Part shown: in pieces, positions 48,151-59,568 of the stretch
How positions within the stretch are numbered: position 1 is the stretch's first letter
Layout of the letters: every line of letters starts with the position of its first letter
Origin: Strigamia acuminata
Taxonomy: Eukaryota
Assembly: GCA_949358305.1 (NCBI GenBank)
Contig: OX442314.1
Coordinates: forward strand, 5,766,001-5,830,000
Direction: 5' to 3'
Length of the DNA stretch: 64,000 nt
Position numbers and translations under genes: made by a program
Notes under the pieces: model-generated
The model's database searches: none
What the model saw: the letters and a program-made list of their open reading frames with translations, nothing else
What the model was told of the DNA's origin: nothing

Positions 48151-50976
48151 ATGGCCGACAAACATGTGTGTCGTTGCAAGGAGGATTTCCCGGGCGAACC
48201 TTATCCGAAGAACTTTGCCGAACCGCCGCTCCACGCAGTCGGGCCGCCCAAATTTCCATGCTGGCATCCGAACGACCCCCGTGAACACAGCTTTCCAAAC
48301 TTTGAGATATGCCCGGTTTGTTCCGGATACGGGTACGAATTGGTTGTTTCGGGCGTGGATAAGACTTGCCGAGCGTGTGACGAACGGGGTGATCTTCGAC
48401 GCGGATTTCATCGTGTGTGGATGCGCCAGATTTATGGCTGGTGCCTCTTTCGGCGTGTCCAGGACAAGGTGTATCTGATCGGAGTAGAGTTTCCACAATT
48501 TCGGCCACCAAACGGGACACCGGCCATGGTACAAAGGTTCCGCGCCGGCCATTTTAAATATTGGCATCGACTCCAGCGAGAGGCAAGGCAGGCGAGAATT
48601 GTGCCTAGGAGCTGGATATACCCGACAGCTGAATTAATGCGCGTTACATTTGCGCAAGTGCCAAATTTGCTCGCCGACGAAATCGCCGGTTTGGACCCGA
48701 TGGACCAGGAACAGCGGGAGGTGGACGAAGCGCAACCGACGTTGCCCCAATTCTTCCACAGTTTCCCTGGGACCGATGCAAGTCTTCAAGAGCAGATCAG
48801 CATTGCTTTGGAGTCGTTAGGAGACCTTAACACGATCGATGACAACTCCGACACCGCGCTGCCATATTTCTACCAGCGCAAACCACCGTGCTCCATCAAT
48901 CGAAATCCAAATCGAGAGCAACAATTAGCCATCAAGGTGCGCAACACTTTGGCAACCTCGTCGTCGGCGCTCCCGCACGATCCAACTCGCGACACGGAGA
49001 CGGAACAATTCGTGCCCAGACCTTCGGCCGAGACGATCGCCAAAGCAACCGAAAAGATGGCGACACTCACCATTACCACCAAAGAGGACACCGAAAGTTT
49101 GTACTCTAATTCCACTGTGTCTAATGTTGAATTTTCAACTCCACCAACAGAAATGGCGCTACGACCAGTGCCACAACTGCAGTTCATTCCCGAATCACCA
49201 GTGTTAGCGGACGATTCTGCGCAAGAAACATTGCGCAAAGAGAGCATGGACGATTCTCAACAATCCATTGCCGCCGCTAGACTTCCAGAATTCGATGCAC
49301 AATCTACAATGAGTGTGACCCCGTCGATTCTGGACATCACGAACGAAATTCGTGGCAGTGTTCCCACCGCTAAAATCAGTGACGTCCGCAGACTTGAACG
49401 AAAGATGATTGACATTCGGGATATCGACATTCCATCTGCCAAATTTGATTCTTCTCGTCTGCGCGATCCCCGCGCTGTCATCCACAAGCCTCACGGACCG
49501 CCACTGAGCGCTAGACTGACACCAGCCGTGAAAGCGCAATTATCAGCGTCAACACCAAATTCATCAATTTCTAACCCCGATACTGACAATTCAAATATTA
49601 ATGAAAATTTATCTGCCGATCTTTTCCCAGCTTCGACTATTTCCGTTGCCTCGGCTGATGTACTTTCACAAACTTACACGATCTCGCCAATTGCACCAGC
49701 AATCGAAGTTCCATCATGTCAACAGGTAAAACTTTCAAAAGTTCCGACTTTGCCAGTGACGCCGATTACTTATGCGCAATTCCCTGGGCGCAACGTAAAC
49801 ACAACAACGTCGTCGGGCGCCAACTTTAATATGTCCACCACAACGGCTACCACCGCGAGGATTCCAGTAACGTCGACTCTCGTTTCGGACTCATCATCTT
49901 ACCGATCCCGACTCGACTGCGCAATCCCAAATATCGGACCTGGACTTTCATTCAAAAGGGTCGCGTCGCGATGTGAGTTGGCCTATGATAAGTATGGAGT
50001 AACTCAAAAGCCCGTCAATTCGTTGGAAGTCGTAGAGGAATTCTTGCGAAAATTCGAGGTCCAGATCTCCATCAAGGGACCTGGAATTTCCCAGACCCGC
50101 TTCCAAATTCCATGGAAAGCTTGGAATACTTTGATCACTTTCATGTTGGTAGAAGATTTTAGCGTCTACCAGGGAGACTTTCGTGTGACTCAAAAAGAAA
50201 TGATGGACAGACGGCCCCACATTGCACGACAGGTTGAAAAACGAATGTCCGAGTGTAGTACGTACGACTCCGAGACGGCCGTTGAGATCCTGATATGGAC
50301 ACTTCATCGTGAGATCTCCGTCTATCTTTACAAAGTCCAGGACACCAGGGACTATCACAACATGATGGAGGAGAAGAGACGCCAAGAGCGGGACGCGGAA
50401 TACGAATTGGAAAAAACCCGAGTTGCAGAAGCCCACCGCCAAGCAGCCGAACGCGAAGCTCGTGAGCAAGCAGAGAAAGAGGAAGAAAAGAGACGGTCGG
50501 ATGAATTGCGCCTTCAAGAATTGCGCAATCTGATGACGGATTCAGGTTTTTACCCGATGACAGCCCCATCTATTCCACCGGCCCAAGGATCGCAAATTTG
50601 GGATGACACGCCACCTCGCATCACCCTGGAGCTGCTCCCCAGTTTGTTGCCACCAGCTGCGGTCGAGTGCAATTTTGCAAATGCAAATGGACCGTGCCTC
50701 CAATTTGGGATGTCTGCCGCATCTGTCCGACAACTTTTCCAATCCCTCGCATCTGCGGATCTACGCATGAGTCCGGAAGAGGCTAAACCACTCCTCAATT
50801 CGCTGTATCGCCGATACGGAGAACTCTTCTTGGACCATTGTAAGAATGAGATTAACCGGCAGGGTGCCACCAACTACCGAGATGCAATGAGAGTTGTGGT
50901 CAACGTGGCGTTAAATATGATAAAATCATTTCGAATGCCAACACCTTACCGAGCCTTGTCAGGTAACTCTCAATAA
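48151..50976 (+). CDS. Family B ORF3, 941-aa non-env accessory protein (N-terminal zinc finger, disordered middle, coiled coil)
   Basis: Intact ORF between pol and PPT; ICPVCSGYG..CRACDERG; E/R-rich helix; no signal peptide or TM segment visible. Confidence 0.88.
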   Translation: MADKHVCRCKEDFPGEPYPKNFAEPPLHAVGPPKFPCWHPNDPREHSFPNFEICPVCSGYGYELVVSGVDKTCRACDERGDLRRGFHRVWMRQIYGWCLFRRVQDKVYLIGVEFPQFRPPNGTPAMVQRFRAGHFKYWHRLQREARQARIVPRSWIYPTAELMRVTFAQVPNLLADEIAGLDPMDQEQREVDEAQPTLPQFFHSFPGTDASLQEQISIALESLGDLNTIDDNSDTALPYFYQRKPPCSINRNPNREQQLAIKVRNTLATSSSALPHDPTRDTETEQFVPRPSAETIAKATEKMATLTITTKEDTESLYSNSTVSNVEFSTPPTEMALRPVPQLQFIPESPVLADDSAQETLRKESMDDSQQSIAAARLPEFDAQSTMSVTPSILDITNEIRGSVPTAKISDVRRLERKMIDIRDIDIPSAKFDSSRLRDPRAVIHKPHGPPLSARLTPAVKAQLSASTPNSSISNPDTDNSNINENLSADLFPASTISVASADVLSQTYTISPIAPAIEVPSCQQVKLSKVPTLPVTPITYAQFPGRNVNTTTSSGANFNMSTTTATTARIPVTSTLVSDSSSYRSRLDCAIPNIGPGLSFKRVASRCELAYDKYGVTQKPVNSLEVVEEFLRKFEVQISIKGPGISQTRFQIPWKAWNTLITFMLVEDFSVYQGDFRVTQKEMMDRRPHIARQVEKRMSECSTYDSETAVEILIWTLHREISVYLYKVQDTRDYHNMMEEKRRQERDAEYELEKTRVAEAHRQAAEREAREQAEKEEEKRRSDELRLQELRNLMTDSGFYPMTAPSIPPAQGSQIWDDTPPRITLELLPSLLPPAAVECNFANANGPCLQFGMSAASVRQLFQSLASADLRMSPEEAKPLLNSLYRRYGELFLDHCKNEINRQGATNYRDAMRVVVNVALNMIKSFRMPTPYRALSGNSQ

Positions 50977-51145
50977 ACAATAACAATTTCATTAACATAG
51001 ATATTCTACGGGACAACAACATCGTCACTCGGAAAACCGTAGAACTACCCATTATGCGCCACAATTCTCTTTGCGCAATTTAAACCAACAAATCACCACC
51101 AAAATTGTATTTCATCACTTCTACTCGTTCAACGATGTGCGAATA

Positions 51146-51450
51146 CTTCCTTACAGCGCCCGTGTAAAATTCCTCAACTGAGTTACGGAACTGGTTTTAT
51201 TCTCATCCTCACCTATGAGTTAGAAGTAAAGTGTATTTCATCTCAGCTATCCGTTCAGTGACCCGAGAGCAACTCCTTATAGCGCCCGCCTAAAATTTCT
51301 CTACGGAGTTGCGGAACTGGTTTTGTTTCTCGCCACCATTGCGGATGCGAATGAAGTATTTCATCATAAAAATTCATCTCACACGTCCTAGAGCATCAAT
51401 TTCTTATAGCGCCCTCCTAAAATTTCTCTACGGAGTTGAGGAACTGATTT
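51146..51450 (+). repeat. Three degenerate ~126-bp repeats in family B 3' UTR
   Basis: CTTA(C/T)AGCGCCC...AAAATT.CTC....GAGTT..GGAACTG at ~51151, ~51276 and ~51403. Confidence 0.7.
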
Positions 51451-51738
51451 TGTGTCCTGGCCGTTGTGTTTGTGTTTCTCATCATCATCCTTTTGTGTTA
51501 AATGTTTTTCAACAAGTGTAGTATTCCACAAACTGCTGGAAACATTTATTGCGCAAATTTATCTGATCTTCATCACCACTGGATAAGTGCTCCAAAAGTG
51601 AAGTGTTAATTTTATTATGTTTATTTTTAAATACTTTAGCATGAACAGTTAGCCGAACAATTACGAGACTTTTATTTGCTATAGTGTTTTCTCCATTATT
51701 ATTATTTTCATTATTATAATTTAATTATATTGTGATCT

Positions 51739-53351
51739 TGTGACGGTTACACTGTCATGCATTTTGCTAGTTAAGACGTTTATTTTACCCATAGATGGCG
51801 CTAGAACGATTTAGCGGAAATTTCGAAGTTTGATTTTTTTCAGTAATTAAAATATAAATTACTATTAATATTTTAGTCTGTCTCAAGTCTAAACAGTTGT
51901 TTAATATATTTTATGTTGTTTTAACTAGTTTACTACATAATTCTGTTGAATTATGTATAAATTTCACCCCTCGCCACCCACTGAAAGTTGGACTAATTCC
52001 GGATTACAGTCAAAAGACTTAATCCGAAATGTGTCCTGTGTATCCAGTTCCTGGAACGGACCTAGTAGAGGACTATGTCCTGGCTATCCGCTTCCTAGAG
52101 CCTAGGATTGGAAGGATTAAGGTGACCAGTGATCCCATTGGATCGATGATCAGCCTATCGTCCAGTACGAGTATATATTCCCGTGTAAACCGGATATATC
52201 GCTCGCTCTCTTGTTGGTGTTCTGTTCCTGACGCCACTTGAACTGGGTCTGGTGGACTTAGGGCCACTTGGGTGAATTTAGTTCATTTTGTTGTACTTAG
52301 GGACAATGGATAGCTGTAGCTATGGAAAGGTAACATTTATCAATTTAACATTTATTCTCAGAATTTCAGTACAGGCCGGATAAAGAAATACTTGATATTT
52401 AGTGTAAGAATCTAGAGTGGGTCGAAGATCCACAGACACACTCCCGCCTCTTCATGCCAACATTCCGTTGTAGAAATAAGTGTAGAATCTAGAGTGGAAT
52501 ATTGCAATTTCACAGACGCATTATTTGGGTAATCGACGTGGAGTAATTTCCCGGTTACTCTCCCGCCAGTCAGAACCGAGTGGAGTAATTTCCCGGTTAT
52601 TCTCCCGCCCGCCAGAACCGAGTGGAGTAATTTCCCGGTTACTCTCCCGCCAGTCAGAACCGAGTGGAGTAATTTCCCGGCGATGGCACAACCTTTCCTG
52701 CGAGAAACTGCTGATTCAATTCGCTGTTGGACGATGGAACATCTTAATTATTATTTTGATGTTGATTGCACTTGGGGCAAAAAATAGCTCGGCGCTATTT
52801 TAATTTATTCTTTATTTTTACAGTTATTTTATCCCGCTTCGTGAATATAATATCATGTGGAATTCTGTCGAATTTACATGAATATTTATTCAATTTATTT
52901 CGTCATGTTTATGACCGCGCTTTGCAATTATTATCCATATAATAATTACAAGTGTGACGACTGCAGAAAAGTCAACCGCACCTCTCGGATATAACCCACC
53001 CAAGCCTAACCATTACACACCTTTTTAGATCCAAACCAGAACCAGTTAGATGTCAAAACCATTCGAGTCCATATTCAGACGACATCTTTTACGTCCCGAC
53101 AATAAGACCGATACACATTCTTGTAGTCTGACTGAAAACCGCAAGTGATATTATTATAGGGCTTTTGCCGACCGATTGTATAGTTTAACTTGCAGAATTT
53201 CGACCATTTGTCGGTCTAGTATTTATATAAATTCAAACCGGAATAAATTGTCATATGATTTGAGAAATCACAAGCCTCCGTATTTTACACTTTCACACAA
53301 GTTCTCGCTCTAATTTTCTAGCAATTGTATCTCGCAAAGTCAATCGTCACA
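51739..53351 (+). repeat. Element C 5' LTR
   Basis: TGTGACGG...AATCGTCACA; contains a 42-bp tandem repeat, ~3.4 copies (52538-52680). Confidence 0.96.
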
Positions 53352-53353
53352 CG

Positions 53354-53370
53354 TGGAGGTTCTACCGAGA
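53354..53370 (+). promoter_or_regulatory. Primer-binding site, tRNA-Gln
   Basis: TGGAGGTTCTACCGAGA, identical to the family A PBS. Confidence 0.88.
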
Positions 53371-54431
53371 TAGGTTGCATTATTAAAGTGAACTCTGTGA
53401 TCAAAGTGTAAAATTTGAAAAAATGAATTTTTGATTATTTTACGTAGATATTATAATTAGAAAATTTCCGATTTTCTCTTGGTAAAAATACTGTGTGTTA
53501 TTTATTCATTTCCAAAAATCCAAGTTATCTTTTGGAAATGACTAAGTTTAAATTTTTCGATTATTTTGATAACGCATTATAATCTAAAGATTTCGAATTT
53601 TCCAAGGAAATAATCTATTTTGACCGTCTTAAGTTTTCAAAAATATTCTTGGCATATTTTGAAAGTCTCGAAGCCATGAATTGCGATCAAAAGATAGATT
53701 AACAATTTTGTTGGCTAAAAGACCAAAATATTTATTTTATTGTTCGGTTAGAATTTGACTATTTTGATAAATTCATTATAATTAGAAAATTCCGAGTTTT
53801 TTTAATAAAATCTACTTTTGTTTTGATCAAGTTCTCCGAAAATACATTGTTATATTTCGGAAATCTCGAAGTTAGGAATTTTAATCAAAAAAATTGATTA
53901 ATAATTCTGTGGCTAAAAACTGGAAATAATAAAATACTTATTTTATTTTATTTAAGTTTGGTTAAAACTTGGCCAGTTATTCTACTGTTCTGTTAAAAGT
54001 TACGGATTTTAATCTTAATCCGTGACAAGTTAAGGAATGTGACAACGAGAACCAATCACGACGCAGTTTTGAACATGCCACCCAGATTATGGATTACTGA
54101 GAATTCTGGATTAAATTCGTCAGAAATATCTCAGTACCACCAATCAATGCAGACTTTCTTAACAATAGAAAATACCGGAAACCAGTTGGACAAAGAAATC
54201 TTTTGCCACACTTGCTTTCTATCAGCGTGACCGTTCAGTTGTGCCTTGTGGTCAGTGCCTTCCTGGACCATTCTTGACCGAAGACAAGACAGTTTTGACC
54301 GTAGCCACTTCAGTTTAGCAGCCAAGGTTGTATAATTTCATTTTCCTTTTTAGTTTAAAAATTAAGCGTGTTTTATTTGATTCTAGTATTTGTTTAAATT
54401 TAATTTTTTTGTGTATTTCTCGTCGAGTATT

Positions 54432-56366
54432 ATGGCCCGTAGACCTGTAAGAGCACGTGGAGCACGTGGAGGTCGTGGAGCACGTAGACGTGGTAATATG
54501 CGTGAATCACCACGGGAAATTGTGGAGTCTGATCCAGAAAGTCAGGGGGACGAAATTGCGCCTAGAAACAATCCCAACCCTAATAGTTCTCGGACAGAAC
54601 CACTTCCAGTCTCGCAAGATTTAGAAATTTACTGCCGTCATTTCCAATTGGAAGTGACGCAATTTTCAACTCTATACGAAGCGCAACAATACACGGCGAA
54701 TAATTGTCACGGAAGAATTCGTGCAATATCTCCCGATGTAGTTGTATCAAACGAGCAGAATATTTCGATAGATTTAACCGGTGCTCGTACACCAGCCGCT
54801 TACCGCTACCAGCAGTTGCCTGGATGGCGTATGAGTGTTGCACGCGAGGCAAATGAACAACCAAATCATGCGATTTCTGTTCAACCCGCGATTCAATTAC
54901 CTGCTGCTTCTTGGAGAGCAAATTTGACGGACAGAGTGGAAAATCTTGGACACGAAGATTCTTCTGTTCCAATTTCTCATAATTTACCTAGTGTGACGGT
55001 CGGAAATAATAATTTACCCGCTCACACTGGAAATTTGAATGAGTCATTTCGAGTTCCACAGCCTCTCCCACGAAGGGAAAATCTGACTAATGTTCCAATC
55101 CAGCCAAGGGGGAGAAATGAACTTTCACAAAATTTTCAATCTCGCTCCCAATCCGATGGAGACTTTAGAAATTCTAGGAATTCCTATCAGGCTCCAACAG
55201 GACATGCTCTGCCGGGAAACCGACAATTTCCCCGAGCACCTGGTGATCCCCGAGATTCCGACCCGAATTCGAGCAGTGACGACTCTCAAGCTGGTGGAGG
55301 GGGAAATTATCATAATAATAATTTCCACCAACGGAACCATTCCCGTTCTCCTCCGCCAAATGGACGACAGAATTTTAATAGACCAAATTCTTCATCTAGG
55401 GCTCAAGGAGATCGTTCCACGCCAAATTCGAATTTGACATCTAATTTGTCAAATGAAGATTTAAGACAAATAATTCAAGGCTTAGCTAGCCAAAGTCGAG
55501 ACTCTAATTTAAACCAAAAATTCGGGAAAGGAATAGAGATTCCTATTTTCGATGGAAAACAATCCGAAGTTACTCGCTTTTTAGACATTGTAAAAGCTGT
55601 AGCTTCAGGGAAAGGCATTCCACTAGACGAAATGGTACACCAAGCTGTACCAGGTCGCCTATTAGGACATGCGCAACGATGGTTTCATCAACAACGCCAC
55701 ACATTTATTAATTGGCGAGTGTTTGAAACCCTGTTTCTCGAGCGATTCGATTTAGTACCTCTTACGAGATCTAGACGCTTAACTAATGTGAAGCAACGAG
55801 CGGACGAGTCACTGTATTGTTTCCTCTTGCGATTTACCCAAGAACAAGGGGAAATACCACGTGGAGATAGAGCAGGACTTGAAAGCCTTTTCAATAATCT
55901 GACACAAGAAAGTTTTGCATTATTAATGGCACAAGGACTATATGGTGACTACACAGTCGATGATATTTTGCAATATGTCGGCTTGAATCGCTGCATGTTC
56001 GAGAATTCAGCACAACTAGCAGCAGACCTCGAGTATGATAATCAAGAAGATAATCCTGCTCCAAAAGCCAACGAAAAATCTAAGATTTTTCCATCACTTC
56101 GCTTAACTCGAGCTGAAGATGAGGTTAAAGAAGAAAATGAGTCAGAAAATGACGAATCAACTAATGACAATAGGGTTGATCGATCATTCACGACACAGTA
56201 CGAAAATACGACAGGGAAATGCTTTTATTGTCACAAGCCCGGACATTTCAAAAAAGAATGTCCAGCTCTGGCTAAAAAATTAGCCAGGAAAGCAGATTCA
56301 GCAAATCCAAATAAAAGATTTAACCAATCTGCCCTTAGCTCAGACTCTAATAAGAGACCTAAATAA
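54432..56366 (+). CDS. gag: Element C Gag (~644 aa from ATG 54432)
   Basis: RG-rich N-terminus, N/S/Q-rich region, capsid region homologous to family A gag, CFYCHKPGHFKKEC knuckle. Confidence 0.93.
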   Translation: MARRPVRARGARGGRGARRRGNMRESPREIVESDPESQGDEIAPRNNPNPNSSRTEPLPVSQDLEIYCRHFQLEVTQFSTLYEAQQYTANNCHGRIRAISPDVVVSNEQNISIDLTGARTPAAYRYQQLPGWRMSVAREANEQPNHAISVQPAIQLPAASWRANLTDRVENLGHEDSSVPISHNLPSVTVGNNNLPAHTGNLNESFRVPQPLPRRENLTNVPIQPRGRNELSQNFQSRSQSDGDFRNSRNSYQAPTGHALPGNRQFPRAPGDPRDSDPNSSSDDSQAGGGGNYHNNNFHQRNHSRSPPPNGRQNFNRPNSSSRAQGDRSTPNSNLTSNLSNEDLRQIIQGLASQSRDSNLNQKFGKGIEIPIFDGKQSEVTRFLDIVKAVASGKGIPLDEMVHQAVPGRLLGHAQRWFHQQRHTFINWRVFETLFLERFDLVPLTRSRRLTNVKQRADESLYCFLLRFTQEQGEIPRGDRAGLESLFNNLTQESFALLMAQGLYGDYTVDDILQYVGLNRCMFENSAQLAADLEYDNQEDNPAPKANEKSKIFPSLRLTRAEDEVKEENESENDESTNDNRVDRSFTTQYENTTGKCFYCHKPGHFKKECPALAKKLARKADSANPNKRFNQSALSSDSNKRPK

Positions 56367-56858
56367 AATAGGGTTAGATGGATTTATGTAGATATATACG
56401 AAAATTTTAACATGTGTTAATTCTTTTGAATTATCTGTGCGAGTTGTTCCTTATTGGAATTTATGTATTCTTAATTATGGAACTCTTTTAACTCGTAACA
56501 GGTTTATTTGCGTGAATTACATTTCAAAAAGAAATTGTCATTTCATAGGTAAAATAATTTGTCAAACTTTATTAATCATTTATGATACAAATTTTGATAT
56601 TATTTAAGTTTATCTTCTTCTCTGGTATAGATATAAGTCCATTCTATAAAAGAGATTAGGATTTGAGTTTATTTTATTGAAATTGTTTTTTAATAAATAA
56701 TTCTGAAACATTTTTTGATTAAGGTTGAGATTTATTTTAATATAAATAGGTTTTACTTACCTAGGATTGAAGCTCTTATGTTCCAGATGCCAGTGTAACC
56801 CTAATCTTGTAAGATATATATTAAATAGTATGCAAATATTTCATATTAGCATATATTT

Positions 56859-56868
56859 AAGGGGGATG
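56859..56868 (+). promoter_or_regulatory. Polypurine tract of element C
   Basis: AAGGGGGATG immediately before the 3' LTR. Confidence 0.8.
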
Positions 56869-58481
56869 TGTGACGGTTACACTGTCATGCATTTTGCTAG
56901 TTAAGACGTTTATTTTACCCATAGATGGCGCTAGAACGATTTAGCGGAAATTTCGAAGTTTGATTTTTTTCAGTAATTAAAATATAAATTACTATTAATA
57001 TTTTAGTCTGTCTCAAGTCTAAACAGTTGTTTAATATATTTTATGTTGTTTTAACTAGTTTACTACATAATTCTGTTGAATTATGTATAAATTTCACCCC
57101 TCGCCACCCACTGAAAGTTGGACTAATTCCGGATTACAGTCAAAAGACTTAATCCGAAATGTGTCCTGTGTATCCAGTTCCTGGAACGGACCTAGTAGAG
57201 GACTATGTCCTGGCTATCCGCTTCCTAGAGCCTAGGATTGGAAGGATTAAGGTGACCAGTGATCCCATTGGATCGATGATCAGCCTATCGTCCAGTACGA
57301 GTATATATTCCCGTGTAAACCGGATATATCGCTCGCTCTCTTGTTGGTGTTCTGTTCCTGACGCCACTTGAACTGGGTCTGGTGGACTTAGGGCCACTTG
57401 GGTGAATTTAGTTCATTTTGTTGTACTTAGGGACAATGGATAGCTGTAGCTATGGAAAGGTAACATTTATCAATTTAACATTTATTCTCAGAATTTCAGT
57501 ACAGGCCGGATAAAGAAATACTTGATATTTAGTGTAAGAATCTAGAGTGGGTCGAAGATCCACAGACACACTCCCGCCTCTTCATGCCAACATTCCGTTG
57601 TAGAAATAAGTGTAGAATCTAGAGTGGAATATTGCAATTTCACAGACGCATTATTTGGGTAATCGACGTGGAGTAATTTCCCGGTTACTCTCCCGCCAGT
57701 CAGAACCGAGTGGAGTAATTTCCCGGTTATTCTCCCGCCCGCCAGAACCGAGTGGAGTAATTTCCCGGTTACTCTCCCGCCAGTCAGAACCGAGTGGAGT
57801 AATTTCCCGGCGATGGCACAACCTTTCCTGCGAGAAACTGCTGATTCAATTCGCTGTTGGACGATGGAACATCTTAATTATTATTTTGATGTTGATTGCA
57901 CTTGGGGCAAAAAATAGCTCGGCGCTATTTTAATTTATTCTTTATTTTTACAGTTATTTTATCCCGCTTCGTGAATATAATATCATGTGGAATTCTATCG
58001 AATTTACATGAATATTTATTCAATTTATTTCGTCATGTTTATGACCGCGCTTTGCAATTATTATCCATATAATAATTACAAGTGTGACGACTGCAGAAAA
58101 GTCAACCGCACCTCTCGGATATAACCCACCCAAGCCTAACCATTACACACCTTTTTAGATCCAAACCAGAACCAGTTAGATGTCGAAACCATTCGAGTCC
58201 ATATTCAGACGACATCTTTTACGTCCCGACAATAAGACCGATACACATTCTTGTAGTCTGACTGAAAACCGCAAGTGATATTATTATAGGGCTTTTGCCG
58301 ACCGATTGTATAGTTTAACTTGCAGAATTTCGACCATTTGTCGGTCTAGTATTTATATAAATTCAAACCGGAATAAATTGTCATATGATTTGAGAAATCA
58401 CAAGCCTCCGTATTTTACACTTTCACACAAGTTCTCGCTCTAATTTTCTAGCAATTGTATCTCGCAAAGTCAATCGTCACA
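56869..58481 (+). repeat. Element C 3' LTR
   Basis: Direct repeat of 51739-53351 at offset 5130. Confidence 0.96.
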
Positions 58482-59555
58482 ATCTTTTTGAATTTAAATC
58501 CTGATTTATTCCAGAAATTATTCTAATTTTTAAATTCCCTCAAAACTGAGATGATTAAGTTTAATTTAAGTTTTCTATCATTTGAACTACTGGAATGAGT
58601 CATGATAGTGATAATTATTTGTGATACTCTTAACTGTGATATATTAGTGTGATTTTTTAGTATTTATTCAATTTCCATAATGCCTAATATTTCTAACTGT
58701 GATAATTTTCCCGTGGCAACCGATCCGGTTGTGCATGAGGATACCTTAATCCCTGTTTTTATTACTTCCCTTTAATGATTCCAAATAGTGTCATGTTTCT
58801 ATTTTTGTTTATCGCGCCAACATTGCGCAATTTTCATATTTTATGTTTATTTCTCCCATCATTCCTTATATACTTACCTGATGTTAAGATTACATTCATG
58901 TATCGTATCCCTTACCTTGTTTTGTTTTGCGCATTCATTTGCGCCATGTTCCTAAAAAAAGGTATCCAATCCGAATAAAACCCCCCTGTTCGTAAGATAA
59001 ACTCTCTTGTGACGTTCTTTATTTGTATTATTTTTCGTGTTTAAAATTTATCCGCGTAGAAATTTATTGCTTCGTTTTACAAAGCAAATGGGTAAAATAA
59101 TTTTATTGTGATGACTTAAATTGAAAGTGTATAGCCTCGAGTCCGTCCTAACCTAAAAAATTTAGTCCACGTCCCCCCTGTGAGTGTCGCGTGTTTAGTT
59201 AGTCTTGTCTTCGTCCATACCAAAATTGTTTAATCTTTATTCGATGAGTTTTATGCAGTTTATTTGAAAATGTTTGTTTATTATTTTTAACCTTATTGAT
59301 TTATAATTTTCATTTACAAGTCGGTCGGAAATTTGTCTCAAGCTTCCCGATGAGCTAATTTTTGTTATTATTATTTATCTGGTGACGACCCCTAATTCTC
59401 ATGGTCATCATATTTGGTCAAGATCTTATTTAATCAAGAGTATGTTAATCTAGACATTTATTTCACATATTTAACCAAGATTGTATTTATTGTTGTATTG
59501 ATCTGAGTGAGTCTCTCTCTCTTTGCCTTTATTTCAACAACTATAATAAAGGTTT

Positions 59556-59568
59556 AAGGGGAGGGGGA
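59556..59568 (+). promoter_or_regulatory. Polypurine tract of family B
   Basis: AAGGGGAGGGGGA directly before TGTCACG. Confidence 0.85.

Larger units (their letters stand above)
51739..58481 (+). mobile_element. Gag-only non-autonomous LTR retrotransposon (element C), young
   Basis: 1613-bp LTRs with only 2 differences noticed; 4-bp TSD ATCT; tRNA-Gln PBS; PPT; single gag ORF, no pol. Confidence 0.95.
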
